NCBI GenBank assembly: GCA_016716125.1 | Contig: JADJWZ010000020.1 | Coordinates: 7,955-71,954, forward strand | Direction of reading: 5' to 3' | DNA from: Ignavibacteria bacterium | GTDB taxonomy: Bacteria > Bacteroidota > Ignavibacteria > Tepidaquicellales > Tepidaquicellaceae | DNA length: 64,000 nt | In this document: in pieces, positions 1 through 8,626 of the stretch | How positions within the stretch are numbered: position 1 is the first letter of the stretch | How the letters are laid out: every line of letters starts with the position of its first letter | Program-made: the position numbers and the translations under genes | The notes under the pieces: model-generated | What the model saw: the letters and a program-made list of their open reading frames with translations, nothing else | What the model was told of the DNA's origin: nothing | Databases searched by the model: none

Positions 1-167
1 TATATTTCAGATCGTTACCATTCTCACCGGAAATGTTGTAAGCTTTATCTTCGGTATTATAATCTTAACAAATCTCAGCAAAGAAGAAAACAGGAATTTT
101 CTGAAAGAGAAGGATATTTTTTAATTCATCTTTTACACCTAATTGTAAAATAAGTTCATATATATTT

Positions 168-1238
168 ATGTTTGAAAAGTTAGAAAAAGTAAAATCACGT
201 TACAACGAAATTTCAGGTCTTCTGTCCGACCCCGCTATTTCAGGGGATCAGAATGAGATCATAAAGCTTTCAAAGGAATTTTCGGAGATCGAAGACATTG
301 TAAAAGCGTATGACATTTATCTTACCACTAAAAAAGAACTTGAGGATAATAAGCAGCTGCTTTATGAAACTTCCGATCAGGAAATGAAAGAGCTGGCAAG
401 AGGCGAGCAGGAAATTCTCGAAGAGAGAATGCAGAAAGTCGAAGCTGAGATAAAAACGCTTCTCATCCCCGAAGATCCCGCTGATAATAAGAATGCGATT
501 TTTGAAATACGCTCGGGTACAGGCGGCGAGGAAGCGTCGCTATTTGCGGCTGACCTTTACAGAATGTATTCAAGATATTTTGAAAAGAAAGGATGGAAAG
601 CCGAGACGATTGATTTCAGCGATTCATCAAATCCCGGCGGCATAAAGGAAGTGATAATTAATATAAGCGGCAAAAGTATTTACGGCGATCTGAAATATGA
701 AAGCGGAGTTCACCGCGTGCAGAGAATTCCCGATACGGAAAGCAAAGGCAGAGTGCATACTTCAGCGGCATCAGTAGCGGTCTTTCCCGAAGCTGAGGAT
801 TTTGATATTGTGATAAATGATAATGATCTGAAAATAGATGTCTTCAGATCAGGCGGCGCGGGCGGTCAGAATGTTAACAAAGTCGAAACGGCGATCCGCA
901 TAACTCATCTTCCGACAAATACCGTAGTGCAGTGTCAGGACGAAAGGTCTCAATTGAAAAATAAACTCAGCGCTATGAAAGTGATGAGATCGAGACTGTA
1001 TGAAATGGAACTTGCAAAGCGTGACAAGGAGCTGACTTCTCAAAGGAAGAATATGGTAAAGTCAGGCGACCGCAGCGATAAGATCAGAACTTATAACTTT
1101 CCGCAGAACCGTCTCACCGATCACAGGATAGGACTTACAATGTATAACCTTTCTGAAATAATGGAAGGCGATCTTGATGAAATTATTGATAAGCTGAAAA
1201 CCGCAGACAGAGCTGAGAGACTTTCTTCGGATGAGTAA
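168..1238 (+). CDS. prfA: peptide chain release factor 1
   Basis: 356-aa ORF. GGQ motif (SGGAGGQNVNKVETA). RF1-type recognition loop context (RVQRIPDTESKGRVHTSA). Confidence 0.95.
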   Translation: MFEKLEKVKSRYNEISGLLSDPAISGDQNEIIKLSKEFSEIEDIVKAYDIYLTTKKELEDNKQLLYETSDQEMKELARGEQEILEERMQKVEAEIKTLLIPEDPADNKNAIFEIRSGTGGEEASLFAADLYRMYSRYFEKKGWKAETIDFSDSSNPGGIKEVIINISGKSIYGDLKYESGVHRVQRIPDTESKGRVHTSAASVAVFPEAEDFDIVINDNDLKIDVFRSGGAGGQNVNKVETAIRITHLPTNTVVQCQDERSQLKNKLSAMKVMRSRLYEMELAKRDKELTSQRKNMVKSGDRSDKIRTYNFPQNRLTDHRIGLTMYNLSEIMEGDLDEIIDKLKTADRAERLSSDE

Positions 1239-1301
1239 TTAATTCTTCTTATTTTAATCTTTCTCAAACAGCATACTTCTTTATAATTCCGGTACCGGAT
1301 C

Positions 1302-2690
1302 TTATTTCAGATATTCCTTCAGAAAATTATTTATAATTCCAGTAAACACCCTATCATTTCCGAGTCCCGAACCGCTGTAAATAGAACCTGTAGATAACAC
1401 TGCATTGTCACCGATCTTTCTTATGACCATTTCACCGCCGCCGTCACCGTCCCATTCAGGGTCACCTTCTTTATAAACTTTTACAGTATCGGCGATTGAT
1501 GTATTCACTCCCTTTGCAATTACTTCAGTCTTATGTGACATCCAGAAAGGAACCTTGTCCGTCTCGTCCCCGCATATCGGAAAATCATTAATGCCTTTCA
1601 TTCCGAATAATTCTCCGTCATATACGTTCAGTCCTGAATAAAGCCAGTGAGATGAATTGACAACTTTATACGGCGCAAAAGTGTGAAGACCTTTTCCCGT
1701 ATATCTGACACCGAATAAATTCGATTCGGATCTGAGATTATGTCTCCACATTCCGCCCGTTTCAAAAAATCCCGAATCAAATAATGTCAGATCTTTCCGG
1801 CATTCCATTATTGTATAATCATCATTCCATTTTACTTTCCAGTAGATCTGATTTGCGCCGAGCGATATCATCGGAACGTTTTTTTCAAAAACCATTTCTT
1901 CAATGTTGTCATACATAGTCTCAGAAAAATACTCGCAGTGATAAGACATCACGATGAATTTACAGTTTGCAAACTTCTCCGGGTTTTGTTCGAGATAGTA
2001 ATCCGGAAGTATGTTCGCATTCTGACCTTCGTTAAACCAGTTGAAAACATTCGCGCAGACGTTTATGTCGATATGATTATACTTATCACGGAAATACTGA
2101 ACTCCGGTATTTGGTCTTTGTGAAGAAACATAATAAACATTAGAAGAGTCGGTGTAATTATGATACAGGGATTTTCCGCCCCAGGGATTGTAAGCCATGA
2201 ATGTGGCGAGCGGAGCTAACACTATGAATTCATTACTGTTATCAATGTCACCGACTGTTATCGTTAAATGAAAGGTATCTTTGGAATTCGAAAGTAATAC
2301 ATTGTAATAACCCGGAGTATAACTTCGGTCAAGCGGCAGCTCACGGGTCACATTCCAGCCGCAACCCTTCTCCGGCTGCTCCGGCGAAATTACCTGCTCC
2401 GTCTTTCCGAAATAAAAAGTGTCTACAGGATCGTATGTATAAGGAGAAACAATTTTAGTAATTACAGCTTTTGATGAATCGTCATCACTTCTTAAATAGA
2501 ACTTCACATTCTCAACATTGAAATAAAACATCTTATCGGTGTAACCGTCAATCGAAGTCAGCTCCATTTCAGGAATTTTCTCAACAGATACAAGTAAGTA
2601 GTATCTGTATCTGAAAAACCATATGAATATAAAAATTAAAAACGCCGTGATCAGAATTGATGTAAGCCAAATAAGTTTTTTAAAATTCAT
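1302..2690 (-). CDS. hypothetical membrane-anchored protein; possibly N,N-dimethylformamidase-large-subunit-like (DUF6605-type)
   Basis: 462-aa ORF with hydrophobic N-terminus (LIWLTSILITAFLIFIFIWFF). AYNPWGGKSLY and HCEYFS segments recalled from that family; the family assignment is unverified. Confidence 0.6.
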   Translation of the reverse strand: MNFKKLIWLTSILITAFLIFIFIWFFRYRYYLLVSVEKIPEMELTSIDGYTDKMFYFNVENVKFYLRSDDDSSKAVITKIVSPYTYDPVDTFYFGKTEQVISPEQPEKGCGWNVTRELPLDRSYTPGYYNVLLSNSKDTFHLTITVGDIDNSNEFIVLAPLATFMAYNPWGGKSLYHNYTDSSNVYYVSSQRPNTGVQYFRDKYNHIDINVCANVFNWFNEGQNANILPDYYLEQNPEKFANCKFIVMSYHCEYFSETMYDNIEEMVFEKNVPMISLGANQIYWKVKWNDDYTIMECRKDLTLFDSGFFETGGMWRHNLRSESNLFGVRYTGKGLHTFAPYKVVNSSHWLYSGLNVYDGELFGMKGINDFPICGDETDKVPFWMSHKTEVIAKGVNTSIADTVKVYKEGDPEWDGDGGGEMVIRKIGDNAVLSTGSIYSGSGLGNDRVFTGIINNFLKEYLK

Positions 2691-3058
2691 AAAGTATGCG
2701 CGGAAAAATATTTGTTATCAAAATATTAATAACCGCGAATAAATAAAACACACATTATGATTTTTTACATCCGTCTAAAACGTTTGAACTTCAAAATTCG
2801 GACAATTTAAATTGAACTCAATTTTGCGAATACACAAATTCACTTTTTCAGAATATGAGTATACTAATTGTAATCTGATTACGCCTTTAAACCATTTCCA
2901 TCCAAAACGTTTTATAAAACAAATTTATAAGTTTGATTCTCGTAAATTTAAAGTTTTCTGTTATGTTAAAGACGGATGTGCCTATAAACTCCTTTAACTT
3001 ATTGGATTAATGTATTAATTTGAATTTAAAAGATTTATATAATTAAGGAGACAGTATT

Positions 3059-4366
3059 ATGTATAGATCAATAATATTATTACTGCTTTTAAATGCCACA
3101 GTTTTATATTCGCAAAGCGGCTGGATTCAACAGGAAACCGGAACGCAATACAGACTCAGACACGTCTTTTTCATAAATGAAAATACAGGATGGGCTGCCG
3201 GTGACAGCGGTACAATAATCCGGACAGTGAACGGCGGCGCGGACTGGGATCAGCAGATCAGCAATACAACCAAACATCTGCAAATAATTGCTTTTACCGA
3301 TTCACTGAACGGGACAGCTATCGGAACCTATTATGAATACAACCCGTGGTGTTTTAACTTCATAGTTAGTCTTATTACATCAGACGGAGGGAATACGTGG
3401 ATAATAGCTCAGCAGGGGTATTCAGCTATACTGATGGATTTTACATATTCTGAAAATGTTTTTTTCGCATCATTTGAAGGAACCGACTGCTGGCAGACAA
3501 TTGGAGCAGTTACTAAGTCAACTGATTCAGGTTTAAACTGGACATCCGTCAATCAGGGATTCGGAGGATACGCTTATAAGTCTGCGCATTTTATTAATAC
3601 ACAGACCGGCTGGGCGCTTGGATATAAAGCGACCGATTTCGGATTAAGAGTTTATCATTTAATTAAGACCACCACCGGCGGTGCTGACTGGGATTATATC
3701 AGACAGGATACCGGATATAATTATCTGAGTTACTGGGGAAGCAAGATGCGTTTCCTGAACGGGAACACGGGATATTTAATGGGATCTAATTACCGCAACC
3801 TGAAGAAAACTACAGACGGCGGGTTTACCTGGAATCATACAGACAGTATTATTACAAACGCAAAATCCGATTACACTTTCATAAATCCTGATACCGGCTG
3901 GATAATTGGCGGCGCATCAATTCTAAGAACTAACGACGGCGGGCATAACTGGAGCTCTCAAAACAGCGGCGTACCGGGCGGACTGAATTCAATCTTTTTT
4001 GTAAATGAAAATGTTGGATACATTGCCGGTAACAACGGCTTAATGCTGAAGACATATACTGGCGGACTGACGAATTTAAACACAGCCGAACAATTTATTC
4101 CGCCGGACTACACATTATATCAGAACTATCCCAATCCATTCAACCCGTCCACAACAATTTCATTTTCACTACCGCACGCAAGCTATACAAAGCTGAAAGT
4201 CTTTGACGCCGCGGGAAGAGAGATAAAAGAATTAATTAATGAATACAGACAAAGAGGAAGTTATGAAGTTAAATTCGACGGAAGGGATTTTGCGAGCGGG
4301 GTTTATTATTACAAACTGGAAGCCGGTGAATATTCTGATACTAAACGGATGCTTCTTTTAAAATGA
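3059..4366 (+). CDS. T9SS C-terminal sorting domain protein with BNR/Asp-box (Ycf48-like) beta-propeller repeats
   Basis: Signal peptide. AAGGAGA 7 nt upstream of the ATG. Repeated T-x-D/N-G-G-x-x-W boxes. C-terminus QNYPNPFNPSTTISFSL...GVYYYKL...MLLLK. Confidence 0.85.
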   Translation: MYRSIILLLLLNATVLYSQSGWIQQETGTQYRLRHVFFINENTGWAAGDSGTIIRTVNGGADWDQQISNTTKHLQIIAFTDSLNGTAIGTYYEYNPWCFNFIVSLITSDGGNTWIIAQQGYSAILMDFTYSENVFFASFEGTDCWQTIGAVTKSTDSGLNWTSVNQGFGGYAYKSAHFINTQTGWALGYKATDFGLRVYHLIKTTTGGADWDYIRQDTGYNYLSYWGSKMRFLNGNTGYLMGSNYRNLKKTTDGGFTWNHTDSIITNAKSDYTFINPDTGWIIGGASILRTNDGGHNWSSQNSGVPGGLNSIFFVNENVGYIAGNNGLMLKTYTGGLTNLNTAEQFIPPDYTLYQNYPNPFNPSTTISFSLPHASYTKLKVFDAAGREIKELINEYRQRGSYEVKFDGRDFASGVYYYKLEAGEYSDTKRMLLLK

Positions 4367-4480
4367 GAGCAAAAATGTTTATGATTATATTGTAAATGAA
4401 GTTGCAATAGTAGACAGCGTAAATACCGCGGAAGATAAAATGTTTTACGCAGAAGGTGAATTTAGAAATTCATTTAATTC

Positions 4481-5989
4481 ATGAGAAGATTTTATTTAAT
4501 ATTGTTTTTTTTGAGTTTGGTGGCGCAGGTTGGTGATGTTTGTTCACAGTCAGTTTACTGGAGACAAATATTCGGCGGTGAGTATGTTGACATTGCTTAT
4601 AACTGTATTGAATTACGGGACGGAAATTATATGATGGCCGGATATAAAGAAATTCAGGTTCCCGGGCAGATATATCAAATCCCGAAATCATATATAGTTA
4701 AATTTGACAGATATGGTAATATACTTTGGGAAAAATTTATTGGAGATTCTTCAACTTATAATATATCTATATCATTAGCTGAAGATCCTGATGGCAACAT
4801 ATATCTTCCTTACAATAGCAGTCATGCACATTTAGTAAAACTAAATTCTAACGGAGATATGATCTGGGATAAAAATTTCTCTTCATCAAATATTATATTA
4901 TTTTCAGGATTATCTTTTGTAGAAGAATATCAGAAAATAATCTTAATTGGTATAAATATTACGAATGGATTTCCAACTTCTTCAATAACAAAATTAGACA
5001 GCAACGGAACATTGATTTGGAATAAATCAAATTATGATAGTTTAGGAATATTAGGTACCTATAACTCAGGGAATAATAGCTTTTTATTTTCTGACAATGA
5101 ATATTTTTTATCAGGATTTGCTCAATCTGCACCGGGCGTACAAAACAGGATAGGATTTATTCTGAAAACTGATACAAGCGGGAATATTCTTTGGAATAAA
5201 AAATATTCTAACAGCAAAGGAATTTATTCTATTGTAAAAAACTCACTTAATACCTTCATAGCTTCAGGTCAAGGCAATTCTGCCTTATATTGTCAATCTT
5301 TTGACAGCATGGGAAATATTTTGTGGATCAGAGATTATAATGGAGACAGTCTGGCAGGATCAATCGGAATTCAAAAAATAATTAAAACAAAAAGTAATGA
5401 ATTTGCTCTAGGTACTCCGAAAGGACAAAATTTTGGAAGACTAATGAAAATTGATTCTTTGGGAAATATATTAGAAAGCAATTTTTATCCATACCCTCCA
5501 AATGTCGGAATTAATCAAAATAATTTGAATTCAACATCTGATTCAGGGTTTATTGTATCAGGTTATATTCGATATTTTTTCAGTAATAGAAATGAAAGTG
5601 TTTTTAAAGAAAATCTTGATCTAAAAGTCGAAGGTGATAAAGACATTGATATTTTAGTTTATAAAATTGATAAATATGGACAAACTGTTTTTATTGTAAA
5701 TAATGAAATTCAAAATACTCAGCCGGAAAGTTTTGTGTTGTCACAAAACTTTCCAAACCCCTTTAACCCCGTCACAACAATTTCATTCTCATTACCGCAG
5801 GCAAGCTATGTAGTGCTGAAAGTATTTGACGCGGCGGGAAAAGAGATAAAAGAATTAATTAATGAATACAGGCAAAGAGGAAGTTATGAAGTTAAATTCG
5901 ACGGAAGTGATCTCCCGAGCGGGATTTATTTTTACAGATTAGCTGCGGATGATTTTACTGCAGTCAGAAGAATGATCCTGTTAAAATAA
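4481..5989 (+). CDS. T9SS C-terminal sorting domain protein (repeat-rich passenger, unknown function)
   Basis: Signal peptide MRRFYLILFFLSLVAQ. Recurring G-N-I-L-W-x-K/R motifs. C-terminus QNFPNPFNPVTTISFSL...GIYFYRL...MILLK. Confidence 0.85.
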   Translation: MRRFYLILFFLSLVAQVGDVCSQSVYWRQIFGGEYVDIAYNCIELRDGNYMMAGYKEIQVPGQIYQIPKSYIVKFDRYGNILWEKFIGDSSTYNISISLAEDPDGNIYLPYNSSHAHLVKLNSNGDMIWDKNFSSSNIILFSGLSFVEEYQKIILIGINITNGFPTSSITKLDSNGTLIWNKSNYDSLGILGTYNSGNNSFLFSDNEYFLSGFAQSAPGVQNRIGFILKTDTSGNILWNKKYSNSKGIYSIVKNSLNTFIASGQGNSALYCQSFDSMGNILWIRDYNGDSLAGSIGIQKIIKTKSNEFALGTPKGQNFGRLMKIDSLGNILESNFYPYPPNVGINQNNLNSTSDSGFIVSGYIRYFFSNRNESVFKENLDLKVEGDKDIDILVYKIDKYGQTVFIVNNEIQNTQPESFVLSQNFPNPFNPVTTISFSLPQASYVVLKVFDAAGKEIKELINEYRQRGSYEVKFDGSDLPSGIYFYRLAADDFTAVRRMILLK

Positions 5990-6101
5990 TGAATGACATT
6001 ATTTCTCATGCCGAAGTAATCACTGATCGACCTATCCAAAAGGTACTTCTGAGGCAAAAGTTGAATTTCCAGGTGAAAAAAAACCAAATTTTTTGAGTGT
6101 A

Positions 6102-6130
6102 CCCCCCCCCGGGGGGGGGGGGGGAGGGGG
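6102..6130. other. C9-G14-A-G5 homopolymer palindrome
   Basis: Read directly: a(c)9(g)14a(g)5, 15 nt beyond the stop of the minus-strand gene 6145..7416. Strongly out of character for an AT-rich genome. Confidence 0.9.
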
Positions 6131-6144
6131 AAAATTTCTTCGGG

Positions 6145-7416
6145 TTATTTGATCAATAACATTCGCTTTGTCTTAACAAACTCACCAGCTTCTATCCTGT
6201 AAAAATAAACTCCGCTCGCAAACCCGCTTCCGTCAAACTCCGCTTCGTAACTTCCGGCTTCCTGTTTTTCGTTTACCAATGTTAAAACTTCGTTTCCTAA
6301 AATATCATACACTTTTAGTTTAACATCATTCGTAATTCGTAATTCATAATTAATAATTGTAACCGGATTAAACGGATTGGGATAATTCTGATATAAATTA
6401 TAATGTCCGGTAATTTCCGTACCGGAATTTATATGAGTCGGACTGTCATAGATCATAACGCCGCGGTTATTTGTTCCGCCGTAAATTTTTCCGTCAGCTG
6501 AAATTAAAACATTGAAGTAGCTTCCTGCCGGCAAACCTTCATTGATCAATTCCCAGCTGTCTCCCATATTATCAGAGTAATATACATTTCTGTCATCCAT
6601 TCCGATAAAGAGATCTCCGTTTCTGTTCACGCAGGCAGTTCTCAAAGTAACGCCGTTACTGTGACTTCCGATATCAGTAAAAGTCAGTCCGTTATCAGTG
6701 GATCTGTTGAGTCCGTAAGCGTCGGAGACATATATAATTTCAGGATCCGCCTTCAATATAGTTTTTATGAATATAGGCGGAAACGATGTAAAGTTAGAAA
6801 AATTGCTGCCGTTGTTTGTAGAATACTTGACACCGCCAAGCGAAGTGCCGAGTAAAATTCTGTTATCATCAGTAATTATCATTCCTCCTGCAAACCCCGC
6901 TCCTATTACCTGAGTCTGCGCCCAGGTATTTCCGGAATCCGTTGACTTAAAAACAAATGTTGAGACATCACCTATAGTCGGACCGACAGTCACGGAAAAA
7001 GCTGCAACTATTGAACCGTCTGACGGAAAAACAATTTCACCGCCTCCGGCAAAGTTTAACGGAAATGAGCCGGTGAATACATCTGTCCAGGTATTGCCGT
7101 TGTCCGTAGTTCTGTGAATGTAAGAAAAGTCCTGTGTCTTCGATAATCCGTAAACATCTCCGTTGCGGGAGGCGCTGAGTGTAGTTACTCTCTTTCCCTG
7201 CAGACCGGAAAAAGTCCAGTTCATACCGCGATTAGTAGATTTATAAATCCCTGTTCCCCAGCTTGACGCATACATAATTCCGCTTTCCGTAAATGTCAGC
7301 GCTCTTACAAGATCCGTATTGCCGGCGGACATTTCACCAGTGGGAGTCCAGTTGCTTTTTGCAATAGATAAAGCTGTGAAGGTCAGGACAAAGAACATTA
7401 TTATTGTTTTCATCAA
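6145..7416 (-). CDS. T9SS C-terminal sorting domain protein with BNR/Asp-box repeats
   Basis: Signal peptide MMKTIIMFFVLTFTALSIA. Asp-boxes STNRGMNW, TTDNGNTW, STDSGNTW, STNNGSNF, STDNGLTF. C-terminus QNYPNPFNPVTIINYEL...GVYFYRI...MLLIK. Confidence 0.85.
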   Translation of the reverse strand: MMKTIIMFFVLTFTALSIAKSNWTPTGEMSAGNTDLVRALTFTESGIMYASSWGTGIYKSTNRGMNWTFSGLQGKRVTTLSASRNGDVYGLSKTQDFSYIHRTTDNGNTWTDVFTGSFPLNFAGGGEIVFPSDGSIVAAFSVTVGPTIGDVSTFVFKSTDSGNTWAQTQVIGAGFAGGMIITDDNRILLGTSLGGVKYSTNNGSNFSNFTSFPPIFIKTILKADPEIIYVSDAYGLNRSTDNGLTFTDIGSHSNGVTLRTACVNRNGDLFIGMDDRNVYYSDNMGDSWELINEGLPAGSYFNVLISADGKIYGGTNNRGVMIYDSPTHINSGTEITGHYNLYQNYPNPFNPVTIINYELRITNDVKLKVYDILGNEVLTLVNEKQEAGSYEAEFDGSGFASGVYFYRIEAGEFVKTKRMLLIK

Positions 7417-7551
7417 ATTTTTTTTTTACTAACTTAATAATAATCCGTTGACTAAAAAAATTATATTTCAACTAAATGTAGTTTTCAAATATGAATGGTA
7501 AAGACTCTCTCAGAATTTTAAAATGATTTGGAAAATTTTTGTCAAAGTCTT

Positions 7552-7590
7552 CCCCCCCCGCCCAAAACTTTTGGGTTTTTAAAGGGGGGG
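7552..7590. other. nested C8...G7 palindrome made of homopolymer runs
   Basis: Sequence is (c)8 g ccc aaaa c tttt ggg ttttt aaa (g)7. The inner cccaaaa/ttttggg inverted repeat sits inside an outer C-run/G-run. Confidence 0.85.
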
Positions 7591-7783
7591 TGTTTTCTTT
7601 GCTTTCTTTGGAGATCCCCGACGGGGGCGGCAAAAGGAGTTCTTCTCAAAGGCGGTCAAAGTAGCTGATTTAGCAGTTTCAGTAATTTAGAGATACTAAA
7701 TAAAAAAGTTTCTTTTTAAAATATATAGGACAGCTTTGTCTTCAATTCCGATTCAAATTAAAGAAAAGAATAATGCGCGTTTG

Positions 7784-8545
7784 TCAAAGTCTTCCGAAAT
7801 AAACAACAGTATCATATTCCATTTTTACTTTACCGTTGATATTATAACGGTCAAATAATTTCTCAAGAGCTTTCAGCATTTCGGCGCTTGCGGGATCGCC
7901 GGAGTTTGGTACATATGAACTCGACAGCAGCCGGCCTTTCAGACCTTCGAGATCAAATTCCTGGAAGATATAAAATTTACGAACGGAAAATTCATTCGGA
8001 GAAAAGAAGCCTCGTATGACTGCATCATCAATATTTTCATGATTTACTTTTTCATAATCATTGCCGAATTTCACTAACAGGTCTTCATATTCATCCATAA
8101 AACCTTCTTTGAAGATCCGCGAATTCCACCAGATAATAAAAAAGTTTCCTTCATTTTTCAGGATCCTCTTAAATTCTGATTTACTCTTTCCAAGTTCGAA
8201 CCAGTGAAACGCCTGACCTGCGATAATTAAATCAACGGAATTATTCTCAAGTCCTGTTTCTTCCGCCGATGCATTGACACTTATAAAATTCTTATCATCG
8301 GAAAAGATACTTTCCGCAGCGGATCTCATTTCATCATTCGGCTCGACTGCATACACTTTGTTGCCGTTATTTAAAAATAACTCGGATGAAATGCCCGTGC
8401 CGGAGCCGACGTCGGCGATGACGCTGCTTTGAGTCAGTCCGCATTCGTCTTTCATAAAACTTAATAACGCTTCAGGATAGTGCGGTCTGTATTTCACGTA
8501 ATTTTCCACCCGGTCTGAAAATCTTCTCTTAGGATCAAAGTTCAT
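7784..8545 (-). CDS. class I SAM-dependent methyltransferase
   Basis: 253-aa ORF with motif I VADVGSGTG, followed by the acidic VEPNDEM and AGQAFHWF segments typical of Methyltransf_11/25-type enzymes. Confidence 0.85.
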   Translation of the reverse strand: MNFDPKRRFSDRVENYVKYRPHYPEALLSFMKDECGLTQSSVIADVGSGTGISSELFLNNGNKVYAVEPNDEMRSAAESIFSDDKNFISVNASAEETGLENNSVDLIIAGQAFHWFELGKSKSEFKRILKNEGNFFIIWWNSRIFKEGFMDEYEDLLVKFGNDYEKVNHENIDDAVIRGFFSPNEFSVRKFYIFQEFDLEGLKGRLLSSSYVPNSGDPASAEMLKALEKLFDRYNINGKVKMEYDTVVYFGRL

Positions 8546-8626
8546 TTTATAAATTTAATGTTGATTTGAATATTATTACTTTAATGGAGTAATATTTTTA
8601 TAAAAGTTCTGAAAATAAATTTTAAA

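Noticed and set aside
168-1238. Programmed +1 frameshift in the release-factor gene
   Set aside because: That mechanism belongs to prfB (RF2). This ORF is an uninterrupted RF1 with no internal in-frame stop.
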